Positions 45,584 through 59,026 are shown, counted from the first letter of the stretch. The stretch is DNA of 64,000 nucleotides from Basidiobolus meristosporus CBS 931.73 (GCA_002104905.1 MCFE01000415.1:1-64000); one strand, 5' to 3'. Numbers and translations are program-made. The notes: generated from the letters alone by a model not told the origin.

Positions 45584-47095
45584 CTACTTACGACTCAGGT
45601 CACACTCGAGAAGGGGAACCAGCTTGGTTTTCTTGATTAGTTTAAATGCAATATAAAGTACAATGAAGATGAGTAGGCCAAGGTATGAGGCTAGCAATTG
45701 CATCCAATCGATCGGATCAGATGTGAAGCCAGAATATCCTTGTCCAATAATGACGATCACAATGAGCACCAGCGCGAACAGTGGGCCATATGGGTAGAAC
45801 ATGGCGGTGTAGGGCAACTGGCTTAACTGGTTCCCTTGAGCTAGGAATGCTTTGCGGAATCTGTAATGGGATACGGCAATGCCGAACCACCCTACGAACC
45901 CGGTAATGCCGGAAGCGTTGAGCAGCCACTCGTATACCACACCTTCACCAAAGGTTGAGGTGGTGAACGACAGACACGATATCAAGGCAGTAAAGCCGAG
46001 CGCCCAAAGGGGAATCCCATTAGAGCTGACTTTCTTGAGGAACTTCGGGCCTTTGTCCTCGTTGGCCAGAACCCACAGCGTTCTTGTGGCGGCATACAAG
46101 CCGGAGTTACCGGCGGAAAGCAAAGTCAACAGCACGATGGCGTTCATCATGTGCGTGGCCGGCTTGAACCCGATCATGAGGAAGACCAAGGTGAACGGGC
46201 TGGTAGAGATGCTCTCCACATCGGAGCTGCTCAGCCTCACGTCATCGTAGCGGATAATCAGACCTATCACCGTGATGGCGCAAATATAGAACAGAAGGAT
46301 GCGCCAGAAAACCTGCTTCACCGCTCTTGGCACGTCCTTTTCCGGATTCGAGGATTCCCCAGCAGTAACACCCACGATCTCGGTTCCTTGGAAGGAGAAT
46401 CCTGCTATCAAGAAGACCTCAAGAACGCCGACAAAGCCGTTGACGAACGGAGCCTCGTTGTAGGTAAAGTTGGATGGGCCATGTAGCTCAGCATCAGCGC
46501 CCTTTCTGGTACAGAGGAATACCACACCGACGACGATAAATACAACGACAGTAAGAATCTTGATCAGCGCGAACCAGTACTCGGACTCGCCATATCCTTT
46601 CACGGACAGTGCGTTGAATCCAACCATGATCGTCAGTAATAGCAGGGACCATACCCACGAAGGGAAATCCGGAAGCCAAAACTTCATGATCACCGCAGCT
46701 GCTGCAAGCTCAGCAGCAACAGTGATGGCCCAGCTGAGCCAGTAATTCCAACCCAATGCAAAGCCCAGCGCGGGATCCACAAATCGCGAGGCATACGTGT
46801 TGAATGAGCCGGAGACTGGCATATAAGCAGCCATCTCGCCCAGACTTGTCATCAGGAAAAACACCATGATCCCGATCAATCCGTATGCCACTAGAGCACC
46901 GCCTGGGCCTGCTTTGGCGATTGACCCACCGCTGCCCAGGAATAGCCCGGTTCCAATCGTACCTCCGATGGCGATCATGGACAGGTGACGGGATTTCAGA
47001 TTCCTCTTGAGATCTCCTCCCTCAAGGTTTGGATGCTGGTGTTTCTCATCCGCATGGTCCACTTCATGCTTTTCATCAGTCGATATATCTTGCAT
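45584..47095 (-). CDS. APC-superfamily amino-acid permease, LysP-like, 503 aa, intronless
   Basis: RHLSMIAIGGTIGTGLF, GFALGWNYW, FSFQGTE..G..AGES.NP, about 12 hydrophobic segments. Confidence 0.95.
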   Translation of the reverse strand: MQDISTDEKHEVDHADEKHQHPNLEGGDLKRNLKSRHLSMIAIGGTIGTGLFLGSGGSIAKAGPGGALVAYGLIGIMVFFLMTSLGEMAAYMPVSGSFNTYASRFVDPALGFALGWNYWLSWAITVAAELAAAAVIMKFWLPDFPSWVWSLLLLTIMVGFNALSVKGYGESEYWFALIKILTVVVFIVVGVVFLCTRKGADAELHGPSNFTYNEAPFVNGFVGVLEVFLIAGFSFQGTEIVGVTAGESSNPEKDVPRAVKQVFWRILLFYICAITVIGLIIRYDDVRLSSSDVESISTSPFTLVFLMIGFKPATHMMNAIVLLTLLSAGNSGLYAATRTLWVLANEDKGPKFLKKVSSNGIPLWALGFTALISCLSFTTSTFGEGVVYEWLLNASGITGFVGWFGIAVSHYRFRKAFLAQGNQLSQLPYTAMFYPYGPLFALVLIVIVIIGQGYSGFTSDPIDWMQLLASYLGLLIFIVLYIAFKLIKKTKLVPLLECDLSRK

Positions 47096-47665
47096 GCTCT
47101 TGATACCTACAGTAGATAGATAGTCAAGAATAAGCTACTGGCGCCCTTCGAATGCCCCTTTATAAATGGAGGGACATCCACCTTAAAGGGGATAAGCTTT
47201 TCGAGAACTATATCTTTAATATTTCCAAGGTTGTTTCTTTTCCGAGATAAACACCAGATTTGGCTACTTCTGATACGTAGTACCATGCTGGCCCAAACCG
47301 TCGATTTTCTTATCTTTCGTTCGTTTCTGCACTTCTGCCAGCCACCCGTCGAATCACCTGCTCAACCTAACTTTGTGGAGGTGACTAATTTGGCTGATCC
47401 ATCAACACACACCCACGATGACATGTAGCTGTACATAGGCTACACTGAGGCTTGGTGAGAACTTGGCATTTTGGTCTATGCCTCCCTCAACAGAATTCAT
47501 GGGTTGGAATTGGAAGGGCTGATATGATCGATCAGTATCTATCTATCCTAAAACCAAGCACATGACCAAACTGAATAGTGATCAGGGGCAACAGTCAACA
47601 CTAATTGGGATGCCGTCATCTACGCAATTGTAGTACGTTTACTTTCTTCCCTTGGCTGTTCAAGG

Positions 47666-47956
47666 ATGTCCGACCAAAAGGCTGCAGAGAAAAAGCACGA
47701 AGAATACCTGGAGGAGATAAAAGCTGCCCGCGCGAAAGAGGAGCAGCCTCCACCCTCGTACGATGTTCCTGATGCGAATGGGATGACGGAGGCTGCTAAG
47801 AAAAAGCACCAGGAGTATCTTGAAGAGCTTGCTGCCAACAGGGGTCAGGTGGAATCTCCTTTGCCTAGGTATGACGAAGAAGCAGGTCCATCCCATGCTG
47901 AGGAATCCCTTGAAGATCTGCCTCCTCCAGATTATGCCCACCCCGAGCCTAATTAG
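47666..47956 (+). CDS. Small orphan protein (96 aa) with an internal repeat and three PY motifs
   Basis: Repeat AA(E/K)KKH(E/Q)EYLEE; motifs PPSY, LPRY, PPDY; codon usage similar to neighbouring genes. Confidence 0.6.
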   Translation: MSDQKAAEKKHEEYLEEIKAARAKEEQPPPSYDVPDANGMTEAAKKKHQEYLEELAANRGQVESPLPRYDEEAGPSHAEESLEDLPPPDYAHPEPN

Positions 47957-48366
47957 AGCTAGGCCATGTTCTGACGACTCAACCCAGCTGTTCGGCGGGG
48001 AATAGGAGAGGTCAGTAAGTAACTTGTGCTCCTAGTATTTCAGTGCTTTCACAATAAACAGTCCAATACGTTGATAGTACCGGTAACGCTATTCCCTATC
48101 GATCACCCCAACACCGCCAGCAGCAGAGTCACCAATGAAACCCCATTGATTATTGGCACTCCAGTAGTTAAAGAAACGAACGAATATTTAATAAAAGCAT
48201 GCTTGTTATTAACTAATCATTTACAGGCGAATTAGGTGGGTCAAGGGATAGCAAAATCGCTGGGTTATTAGTGATGGCTGGAGACAGCTTTGGTTCAGTG
48301 AATTGGGTGAAATGATCAGGTTCTGTTTATGGCTGGGGTGGGATGGACACAAGGAGCATTCGAAAG

Positions 48367-50386
48367 TTATACACGGGTTTTGATTTTGCCATGACTATTG
48401 GGTGAGGAGTGCGATTCAGGATGCGGTGCTTTGCTGGTGGTTTTGATGAGGACGCTCTGAGTTTTCCTGCTGCGAGCCGGCAACGGTGTGGAAGGATTAC
48501 TGATGGAGGATCGCGGCCTCGTTCTACTCTGTACATTTGGGGTCGGTGTGAACGAGGATGGCGCGCTCTCCGCATCCTCACTGTTGCATAGCTGTTCTTT
48601 CAGATGGGTCAACATGGTGTGTATGGACTCGCTACTGCTAACACTTGAGGTGGGGTTTAGGGGCTTTTGCCCACTGCTTTTGGCAGCTGTGGGTGGTTGT
48701 TTGTTCGTAAGATCTAATATTTGATTAATAAGTTCCTTTATACGTTGCTCGTTTGCTTCCGTCTGAGTGCCACTGTCTGTGAGGTCTGCTGGCTCTGTCT
48801 GACATCCCATCTCTACATTCCCCAACGGTTCTTCAGATGTAGAGTCCTCTATACTATCATTCAACTCCTGTTCCTCTTCTTCACCGATATCGCTTAGATC
48901 CCTTGAAATCTCCTCATAGGGTTCTTTCCCGTTCTCATCTAAAGCGTGGGAGCAAAGTCTGTGAGATAAAGACCATGTCGTTGCGGACTCGTATAGGCGA
49001 TAGCATACCAGAATTGAATGTGGTCAGCACTTTGCCCCCATTGACCTGCGTCTTGTATTCTAAGGACTTCTTGGCATCCGAAATCAACGAGTCTACCATA
49101 GTGCAAACACGTGCAAACACCTGGTCGTTTACTAAATCAATATTATCTTCTTCTTCTGTAGGAGAAAGCGTGATATCCTGGCATGATCTTCGTGTTAGAA
49201 CATTGGGATACAGCAGCCAAGAATCAACAGCTTTACCTCCCAATTCGGCAAGGGGACATCCAACGCTGCTAGGTCCATCGGGCCACCTCTAATTGGAAAC
49301 AGGTTTAGTGGCTTAATCATCTAAGCAGCCATGATACATAAATACCTGCTGATCCTTCTCTCTAGCTGCTCAATTTGAGCCGTTTGTTTCTTAATGGTAG
49401 ATTCTAAGGAAGCGTTTATAGACAAAAGTGAACTGTTGGAAATTTCAAGGTCCATAATCTAAACAAAATAAATTAGTAAAAGTAGGACGTGTGGTAGAAT
49501 ACTATCAGGAAGTACCTTCCGGTTCGTGCGGGCCTCCTTGGCTTCAAGATCTTCAGACTGACCTCTATGCGGGATAGAGGAATAGCGAGACATTGACAGG
49601 GGGCGAGTCCTTCGGTTAACATCAGTCTTCACACTCAAAACACTCGCCCGATTGCTAGAGTCGGACGAATCTGAACCGAAACCATCATCAGAGCGAGTTC
49701 TGTTTGGGTTAGAAGGGTAGAAGCCCAGCTCCGATTTGGCATATCCACCAGAGGGAAGTTTTTTTGTTACCGGACTAAACAAACCGTCTTCACCAGGCCG
49801 TAAGATTATAGGGCCATTCTTTGGCAACCGTCCAGGTGTGCTTGAAGAGACTCGAGCCGCCTGCTGCTCCTCTAGCATGCTACGTATTTTTGAGGGAGTG
49901 GAGGCACCTTTAGGAGGTTTAGCGCCCTTGAAATTAGGAAAACCTTGCATGCTTGTCATGATACTCGAATCTTTTCCCATAAGATCACCCTCAAACGAAT
50001 GGACAGTAGTCAAGCAACTATGAGATTAAATGGTTTACAATTATATATGACTGTATAGATGCGGAGGCGAAATCGGAGTAGACACTGTTGCGTTTAACAA
50101 GATATAGGCGGCGAAAAGGTATCTTGTTAAAATGGGCAGTGACAGTGAAGAAAGAAGCGCAAGTAGGAAAAGGGGACGATGATAATACAAATTCAGAAAA
50201 TCTCCAATTAATCCCAAGCCAACTTGAATGAATGAGCGAGCTTATTAAAATAATAAAGCAATCATTAACATGATTCTGTATGATCGAACTTGGTTTCAGT
50301 GAGTAATTTGAATGAATAGCTGAAAGTTCATTTCTTCCTTGGCCCATTATCAGTGTGTTTAGATTGTCGGTGGCTCTTTTGTACAA
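48367..50386 (-). CDS. Hypothetical Ser-rich, partly coiled-coil protein, multi-exon (boundaries approximate)
   Basis: Successive - strand ORFs 50018..50386 (5' part), 49459..50013, 48935..49243 and 48367..48864 separated by GT-AG-like gaps; no family recognised. Confidence 0.5.
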
Positions 50387-51023
50387 TGGATCTATGCAAT
50401 ATTGTTGGCAGTAGGCTCGACCTTCCTAGTGTTACTGATATCATCAACATTTCCCTACAGAGTAGCCGGAAATTATAGGTTACACGCAGTAAATGCCTCT
50501 GTATATAATTCATGCACACCACGTTGGTTTTAGTATCAACAAAACAATCAGTCCTATATCACGTGACTCTCCGTTCCTTTCGTATTTTTAACACGAACAA
50601 CTAATATTTCAAGCTTGAAGTGAAGCCAACGTGGGTGTATTTTTTAACGGATTATCTAAGCCACACACCTGCACCAAACCTACAAAAGCCCTTGTATTTG
50701 GGTGGAAATATACACATATGAAAGGTCTTTTCCAATGACTATAATTCTTGGATAAATACGTGTTTCTTGCTTTAACATTCCTTGAAGACTCACTGCCTCA
50801 TCACACCATAGTATTCTGCGCCATATTGGTTTCCATAAAAAGAGTGATCAATTAAAGCTCGATTTTAACCAAACCAACTTAGCTTTGGTTGAATAAGCAA
50901 CAAACTGAAACAGATTACCAACAGTGTGATTGGTATGGAGCCTGAATATTAAGCCAGTGACAATCGCCATTTTTATCAGAGCCTCTGGTGTGTTCGACTT
51001 GTCTACAACTTGAGCACTCTTCA

Positions 51024-53866
51024 ATGCAGGTAAATCAACAGCAAGCCATTGCTCCTGACGATTGGAGAGCCACTTTCTCTTCAGATGAGCGAGCGAAGCT
51101 GATAAAGAATCTGTAAGTCTACAGGGCTGCTATAGAACCCGTCCCTGATTGGGGGCCTTGAGAGTTTACGTTGCACTTACTTATACGAACCAACCTTTTA
51201 GTGCGGTACATTTGAAAATGCTATCGCCAAATCTCCCTCAGGAGCAAATCATCAAAGTAGCGACCACGTTTGAATCGTTCATATTCACCAAAATGGCTAC
51301 CAAGGTGATACCCACACAACTCCACCGATGTTTCCAACGATCTCTCATACCTTGCGCGCTTTATTTGTAGAATGATTATATAAGGGCATACGGGAAAAAA
51401 TTCTATCAGATCAAATCTCAGATTCAGGCAGCGAGAGGTTGGTATTGCCACGCACGTTAACTCTAGACCTTTGCAAATGCCTATTTTACTCACATGGCAC
51501 CTTCTCTTCAGCCAATAATGGGAGTGGTGGAGCCCAGATGGCCGCAGGCGATAGTGGTGTGTAGCTGATGTGTATCGTTTTAGTAAGGAATGGCGTATTC
51601 ATACAGCTTTTTGGTAGTTAATTTAAATGCTGGAAACGAGTTTACTGCCTCGCCTCAAGTGGCGCATACAGGCCTACCAAACCAGTCTTCTCCCCAGCAG
51701 CAGCAAGCGACCCTTCAAAATCAAGCCCAAGCTGTTGGCGCCACGCCGCAAACAGCGGCACAGCAACAGAATCTACAAGCTCTCGCCAACCAAGCTCAGC
51801 TGAATATACAGGCACATGCGTCTCCACAACAAGCCCAAGCTAATCTTCAATCCCCACGTGTAAATCCAATGAACTTGAATGCCGCAGGTGGCCTACAGCA
51901 GCAGGCAAGACCCGCGGTAAATCCCCAAGGAAGACCGCTTCAAGCGAACAATGTAAGCAACATGGCTAGACAGAACGCACTCGCGTCCATGCTGAAGAAC
52001 ATCAACCCAAACAATCTATCTCCTGCACAGATCGCCCTCTTGAAGCAACGCTTAGCTGCTGGACAATTTAACCCTGCTGGACAAGCGGCGCAAACACAGA
52101 TTCCAGGTGTCAACCAGAACCCTGTCAATGTGTCAGCAGATAACAATAATCTACAAGCTCAAGCTCAGGCCCAAGCCCAAAGTGCACAGCAGGGTCAGCA
52201 ACCATCTCCACAACTGGCCCGGTTGGGGCAGATGGGGATGCTGAACCCTCAAACTATGCTTAAGCAGCAGATGCTACAAAGGCAACAAAAACAACACATC
52301 CAACAACTTCAACAAGCACAGCAGCAACAACAGCAACTCCAACAACAAGCACAACAGCTTCAACAATCTGTAAATCAGGGACAAGCAAGGCCACCCAACG
52401 CCCAAATCTCGCTTGGAGCTCGATCAGCGAATGCAGCTCAACAACCCGATTCTAGAGCTCAGAATATCATAGACGTGTCCAGCTCGCCGAATATTCCAGC
52501 GGTTGAGGTTGGAGGAGGGGCAAGGCCCATGACACCGCTGCAGCATGGAGCTGCTGTCAATACTGTAGCAGGCATTAGTAGACAGCTATTAGCTGGGCGA
52601 GGTTTGTTGGCGCACAACAGTTGGCAAGATCACTCTCCACTTACCACTCTACCTATTCAGTGAAAACATCACCAATCGAAGGGTTAACGGATGACGAAAA
52701 GCGACAAATTCGTGCACAGGTAAATCCACCGTAGATGTATATAAATTCCAGACCCCGTTATTGACTTGAGTGCTACTGACCTGTAGATGGAGCAAATGAC
52801 GCCAATGTTTCAAAAACTGGACCAGCTATTGCCACTATTCTTTCATCTCACTTCAAGCCCCGAGGCCACCAAAAGGCTGATGATGATGGTATGTTCTTCA
52901 GCTGGGAAGAGCGTTGTATTCTGGTTCTGAATTATAAATCACAGAAACTACTGTTTCAAGATCAGCTGGATGCACTACCCAAAGGGCAATATGTTATCTC
53001 CCCAACAAACCTCAAGAAACTTCGTGAACAGTTCCAGCGATATTTCATGTTTGTCCGTACACAGATGGCCGCGGCAAGCAATGTACCCCAGCCTAATGCA
53101 CCACAGTTAGGCGCCAACGCCTCTATTCTAGGGCAAAACGCTAGACCACAGGTGCAAACTTTACTTGCCAATGTGTTTTATACGATTGTTTCTTATTAAT
53201 GATATACATCCTAACCAGCAACCTGTTGCTCCTGTCGCGGCTAGCCCTACCGATCCCACAGCCACACAAGCAGCGGATTCGAATCCCCTGAAGCACCCAC
53301 TAACCACTGCAGATCTAAGGCTTCCGCCTACAAAGCGCAAGTCGCCCCAAATCGCCTCGGGGGTATTCACAGGTGCCCAGGGTATGGGCTCCCCAAGGCC
53401 TCAGGGAGCTAACGACGTTGGAAAGACTCCACAGGCCTTGGCTCAGCAGCGACAAAAGCTGATGCAAGCGCAAAAGTTACAGCAAGCACAGCTCGCATCA
53501 AGGCAACTGGGCCAAATGCAAGCACCCTTGGACCAGCAATCCGTGGCACAAACCAAAGAGATCATGGAGGAAGCTGCCCCAATCGAGATCAACCCATTGG
53601 ATTTCGTGGCGAATATCCTCGACAACCTAAAATCAGGTACATTTGATGTGCCCACCATATAGTATCTGACGATGTATTAACTTTGTCTTGTTTGTAGACT
53701 CCGAGTTCCGCATATCGTCAAGAACGCGTTTTCATCGGTTGTTGTGCGTCGCTCTGGTATGGGCCTATTCGACCCATTCGTTGGCGGATGGTCAGAAGAG
53801 CATGAGACTGACTCCCAGGAGACTGAAGTAAAGCCCCAGATATGGGCCAAGCCGCTGAGTGTCTGA
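51024..53866 (+). CDS. MED15: Mediator subunit 15 (Gal11)-like: KIX domain, polyQ region, C-terminal domain; 3' end uncertain
   Basis: N-terminal DWRATFSSDERAKLIKNL..FESFIF..YIRAYGKKFYQI (fungal KIX type), a long Q-rich region, and FQKLDQLLPLFF..KLLFQDQL. Confidence 0.72.
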
Positions 53867-54347
53867 TTAGATAGCGACGAACCGTGGACGCGTTTCTTTA
53901 TTAATACCTATCCAATTATCCCGTCGAGTTCATTGGCCGTCAGTTTTTCGAATACAATGGGACAGCCACCATATAAACATTACAGGATTGTACGAAATAA
54001 AGATGGATTACAGTTAGTTGGCCATGGACAAGGCTGGATTGACCTCCATGATGTCAAGCTCCTCTTTATTTAGCTAGCGATCGATAAGAAGCCAACCCAA
54101 AGTGGTGCCACTGGTTACATGAAGTCATGACGCACGAAGCAATTGAGGATGGAAATCAATGTGTGCATATATAGCATTGGGGATGAGCCTATCCAACAGC
54201 CAATCCGGAAATCAATGAGCTAACAAAACACCCAATGCAAATTAGCGGAAGTAAAGCGAAGAGCTAGGACTATTTAAAGGTGGCGCGTGAAGAAGCAGGA
54301 CTATTTTAAGGTAGTGAAAATCCCCCAAGATAATCTACACTTCAGTA

Positions 54348-54862
54348 ATGTGGACACTTCAGAAGCATGATTGGTATATGCTCAGCATGCTGTTCTGTGT
54401 GCTGATATTATGCTGCATCTCCGTCACCATTTGCCGTATCATTAGCCCCAATTCCTATCTCATGGCCGATGGTAACATCCTGGACAACTGCCCACATGGA
54501 AAAAGCGTACTTTAACACCTTCTTGATTCGCAGGTCCAAGTCTCTACTCGGTCAGCCTTGTTGTCGTTGAGATACTCTCGATCTTGGGGATTGGCATCAC
54601 AGTATTTCAGCTGGTTTATTTTGTGCATAAGTCCTATACCACCTCCAACCCGACTGCTCAGATGATGCAGAACAACCGAACCCCTGCGTATAATTCCCTG
54701 ATCGATGCACCCAGCACGAATCATCGGAGAAACACCATTTTGCTTGACCTTGAATCCAGCACTCCCTCAGAAAGCTGGATTCAAACACCCCCACCCACAT
54801 ACGAGAATTCACGCATTCAGTATTTTGACTATTCTGCACATCCGTTTCGAAATGTTCCCTGA
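54348..54862 (+). CDS. Small two-TM orphan protein (150 aa) with C-terminal PPTY
   Basis: Exons 54348-54471 and 54534-54862 (62-nt GT-AG intron) join in frame; two hydrophobic segments; PPPTY. Confidence 0.6.
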
Positions 54863-55712
54863 CAGTGGCCCAGCTAGCTGTAGATTATCCTCACCAACGT
54901 ACATAGCGCCTGTTTAATACTTCACCCATTAGATAGATTGTAAAGGCCAGTTTCAATATGTGTTTCTGTATTGGCATTAAACATGTTTCAGCATGCATTA
55001 TCGGCGTTACGCTCCACTGTGGTCGTACAGTAGCCGTGAAATGGTAGAATAACCCCCTAGGCTTCGGCTCTCCCATGGCATTGCCGCATCACTCCATATT
55101 TCTCATGAATGATTCCAGTTCAAGCAACCGATTCTGGATCAAAATTTTCCCTTGAAGGATGTGAAATAAATTCGGAATGCTGGTTTCATGTTCGGATGTA
55201 TGCCTTGCCGATGATTGGTCACAGCGATCAGAAATGCCGAACCTGTGTAACCCTAACTGACGTGGGAAACGGGGATGCCTTCCAGAAGTCGCATTTCGGT
55301 TGCTGCCATGTTCTCCTTGGTCATTTAGAGAGGGTTTCTGATAAGGAATAGTCTAGTTCGCACAGTGGGAGAGGGAATCAAGCCACTGTCTGCTCGTAAC
55401 TCAACCCCACCTTTGCTGCCTCCCCAAAATTTTACATGTGAACAGAATGTTAATTGATTGAACGTCACCTGTCAATCACTCAACGGCGTGGGGCTCCATA
55501 CAATTTTATGAGAAATCAAGTTGGCGGGATGTCATCCCTGCCGCCGTAATGCCTAATTATGAAGATCCGATCCCGGATGGGATCACTCGGGAGGTTTAGG
55601 CTTCCCCAACATGGGATTTCCCTAAAATATATTCCTGGAGTTCCCTAACCATTCTTTGTTTGAACTCAGCCCTTTCCTCTGTTCTTTCGCTTTCCTTTAC
55701 ACTTTATCTGAA

Positions 55713-56773
55713 ATGACTCTTGCCATCCTTACTGCTGTCTCGAGGGCCTCCGTGAGACCCATCGCCAGACAAGCACCTATGGTAAGTGTGGAGTGGCTGT
55801 TTTCTCTCTTCTATGAAGAGCACCAGTACTCACCAGATTTCCTATGATTTTAGCTTGCCAACATGGGGGTTAGGGGCATTCATGCTACCATCGCACCTCA
55901 AGCTAGTGAGGAAACCCCAGCCACCAAGAAGGAGCCACTACTTAAAACCTTTTCCATTTATCGTTGGGTACGTGTCTATTCCACATCGTGTCTGCCTATT
56001 GCAAAACGCCCCGTGCTAAACAGCATTTCCAGAACCCAGATGAGCCCACCGAGAAGCCCAAGCTGCAAGAGTACACTATTGACATCAACACCTGCGGCCC
56101 AATGGTGTTGGACGCCCTCCTAAAGATCAAGAACGAGATCGACCCCACCTTGACTTTCCGTCGTTCCTGCCGTGAAGGTACGCACCTGAGCAAGTATCTC
56201 GTACGATGTGATTACTAAACCAGACTTCACCATCCAGGTATCTGCGGTTCCTGCGCCATGAATATTGCCGGTAGCAACACCCTCGCCTGCATTTGCAAGA
56301 TTGAGCGCGAGGAAAAGAAGGATGTCAAGATCTACCCATTGCCCCATATGTACGTTGTGAAGGATTTGGTTCCGGATCTCACCAACTTCTACAAGCAATA
56401 CAAGAGCATCGAGCCATACCTCAAACAAAAGAATACCCGCACGGTCGATGATCGTGAGAACCTCCAGAGCATCGAGGACCGTAAGAAGCTGGATGGCCTG
56501 TACGAATGTATTCTTTGCGCTTGTTGCTCTACCTCATGTCCTTCCTACTGGTGGAATCAAGACGAGTATCTTGGTCCCGCGGTCTTAATGCAGGCCTACC
56601 GCTGGATGATCGACTCTAGAGACGAATTTGGACCTGAGCGTCGCGAGAAGTTGCAGAACCCCTTCAGCATGTACCGTTGCCATACAATCATGAACTGTGC
56701 CAGAACCTGCCCCAAGGGTTTGAACCCTGGTAGAGCCATTGCTGAGATCAAGAAGATGATGGCTGCTGAGTAA
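55713..56773 (+). CDS. SDH2: Succinate dehydrogenase iron-sulfur subunit, multi-exon
   Basis: [58 protein letters not shown]. Confidence 0.98.
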
Positions 56774-57192
56774 ACCATCTACTCGAGCCCCAAAACGTCC
56801 GACTTCGTTGTTTCGTTCGAATGTGTAAATTCATCTGCATCACATATCAAAACCAACACTACATTCCTCACTACTATCCGATCTTCAGCTACCTTTCACT
56901 GATACGTTGAATTCCAATAAACCTTAATCCAAAATGGCCCACATCCAGAAAACTTCATATTCCGAAGAGTTTTATTCTGATCTCTAGTGGTTGAGAGGTG
57001 CGTTACAATAGCATGCGAAAGTCCAAGTTTCCTCCTTGAAGTTTCATTATGAATAAAGGGTCTATTTAAGAGAAATAAATAACATAAAGGCGCGGTAGAG
57101 GGGTTTTCAGTCTGTTCACTGGAGTAGGGTGTGAATTCTAGGCTACATGAAGATGGTGACTGGAGAGAATGAATACGATCGAACGATGACTC

Positions 57193-59026
57193 CTAAGCAA
57201 CAGGATAGTGTCCCAAACGATACAACAACACCTTTCCTTTATCATTACCGATGGCCAAATAGCCACTCTCCGGTGAGAAGTCAAAGGCGTTCACGTAGCT
57301 GAGCGGAGTGCCGTGTGTTGGCCAGTTGTTGAACACAGTCATGGAAGGCATGTGGACCAGTCGGAACTGGTCTTTCTTGGCGCGACTGGAGATGCCCAGG
57401 ATTTGTGAGTCGTGGTTGAATTTCATGGCGGTCACGTTGGTTGTCAAGTTCATGATCGACTTGACTGGCTGGGGGCTGTCGGTGCTCTGAAGACTGGCTG
57501 ACTCGTAAATGTTGACGATACCGGATTGAGAACTACGTGGACAATTGGTTAGTTGGTACTGAAGGGTCATCAGATTCCACTAGATAACGTACCCGCAGGC
57601 ATAGTAGCCATTGGTGTTGGAAACCGAAATGATGCTGGGTCTGTAGCCTCCGTAGTCAGGGAACTTTTTCATGCAACGCATGGTCTTCATATCCCATTGA
57701 TAGATCTCGGTGTCTGTACCGATGGAGTACAAGTAACGACCGTCTGCTGACCAATCGATGGATCTCACTTGACCATTCATCTTCAAGTTGGCTACCCACT
57801 GCTTGGTTCGCTGCGATACCAAAACAATGTATCCCTCGCGTCCTTGGAAAGCAATGTATTCACCATCTGGCGAGACCTTGAACTTCTCCAGGGATTTTTC
57901 CTCGCGTCCTCGGATGCCGGAGATCTTTGTGATCTGACCTGCCTCCACATCGTACGCATAGAAGTACTTGCGTCTACCTGAGAGTAGGATCTGGTTGCCC
58001 TCTGGGGTGAAGGCAGCCTGATGGATTGGCAAGTCCTTGAAGTGTACAGATTGGATTTTGTTGTTGATTTTGCCATCGATTTGGAAGAGTCGAAGGGTCT
58101 TATCGAATCCGGCAGTGAGGAGTACCTGGGCGTTGGGATGGAACTCCACTGATTGGATAACACTCTGTTCAAGTGGAAGGGCCGCTTGTTAGAGATCGGA
58201 TTTTGGCGTGTTCAGTGGCTTCAAACTTACTTGTGAATATCCTTTTTGATTTGCGTTGCGTAGTCGGGTAATCTCCAGAGCATCCTTCGGCAACACCTTG
58301 GACTTCTGCTTTTTCAAGAAGCCATTGGTGCTACGAAGGATTTGTAGATTCTCGACATCCTCATCTTCACTGTCATAAACATCACCATCGGCCCAAGCAG
58401 GAGTGGGGTGGATCTTCTCAAACCTTGGGGAAAATTCCGCTTGTGAGCTCGACCAGGTATTAAGAGTATCCAATGATTCTTAATGCTTACTGCTGACGAA
58501 GTCTTTGCTCGTATTCTCTTCCTGTTAACACATCCTCCTCTTCGGTGGTTCGGAGCTTACGTAAAGTTCTCTTGCTAGCGACTGAGATTTCAAGCTCATC
58601 ATCGTCTTCATCTTCCCAAGCAGCTGAGGCTGATTGCTCGTCAGGAGTCTCCTCCTCGGACTCTTCCTCGCTATCCTCTTGTTCTGTGGGAGCTGGACCG
58701 CTATCCATGTAGAAGAGCTAAGATTCAAAAGAAAGTACCCTTCAGATTAGCTAAAATTGAAAGAAAACACAGAGGAACAAGACGTAAGGGTGGTAACATA
58801 CTTGATCACTTTCCAAACCCTCAAGACTGGTTTGCTCATCGCCACTCTCCTCCTCCTCGACACTCTCCACGTCGCTTAATTCGTGACCAGCATTTTTCCA
58901 TATCTCTTCGTCACCACCAAACACTAAAGCCTCGAGCTCTAATTCATCCGCCTCCTTCGCCTTCTTCTCTCTGTTAGCCAGGCCCTCGTTGGAGAGACCA
59001 CGTTTTCTCGATATTTTGGTGCTCAT
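57193..59026 (-). CDS. UTP18: U3 snoRNP WD40 protein, multi-exon
   Basis: ELELEALVFGG, AAWEDEDD, LEITRLRNAN, FHPNAQVLLTAGFDKTLRLFQIDG, TVFNNWPT..TPLSYV, FSPESGYLAIGNDKGKVLLYRL. Confidence 0.95.

Noticed and set aside
23411-59026. An RNA-modification gene cluster (PNP1, RluA synthase, ELP2, UTP18, PPIL2)
   Set aside because: These are common housekeeping genes spread over 35 kb among unrelated genes; there is no evidence of linkage beyond chance.
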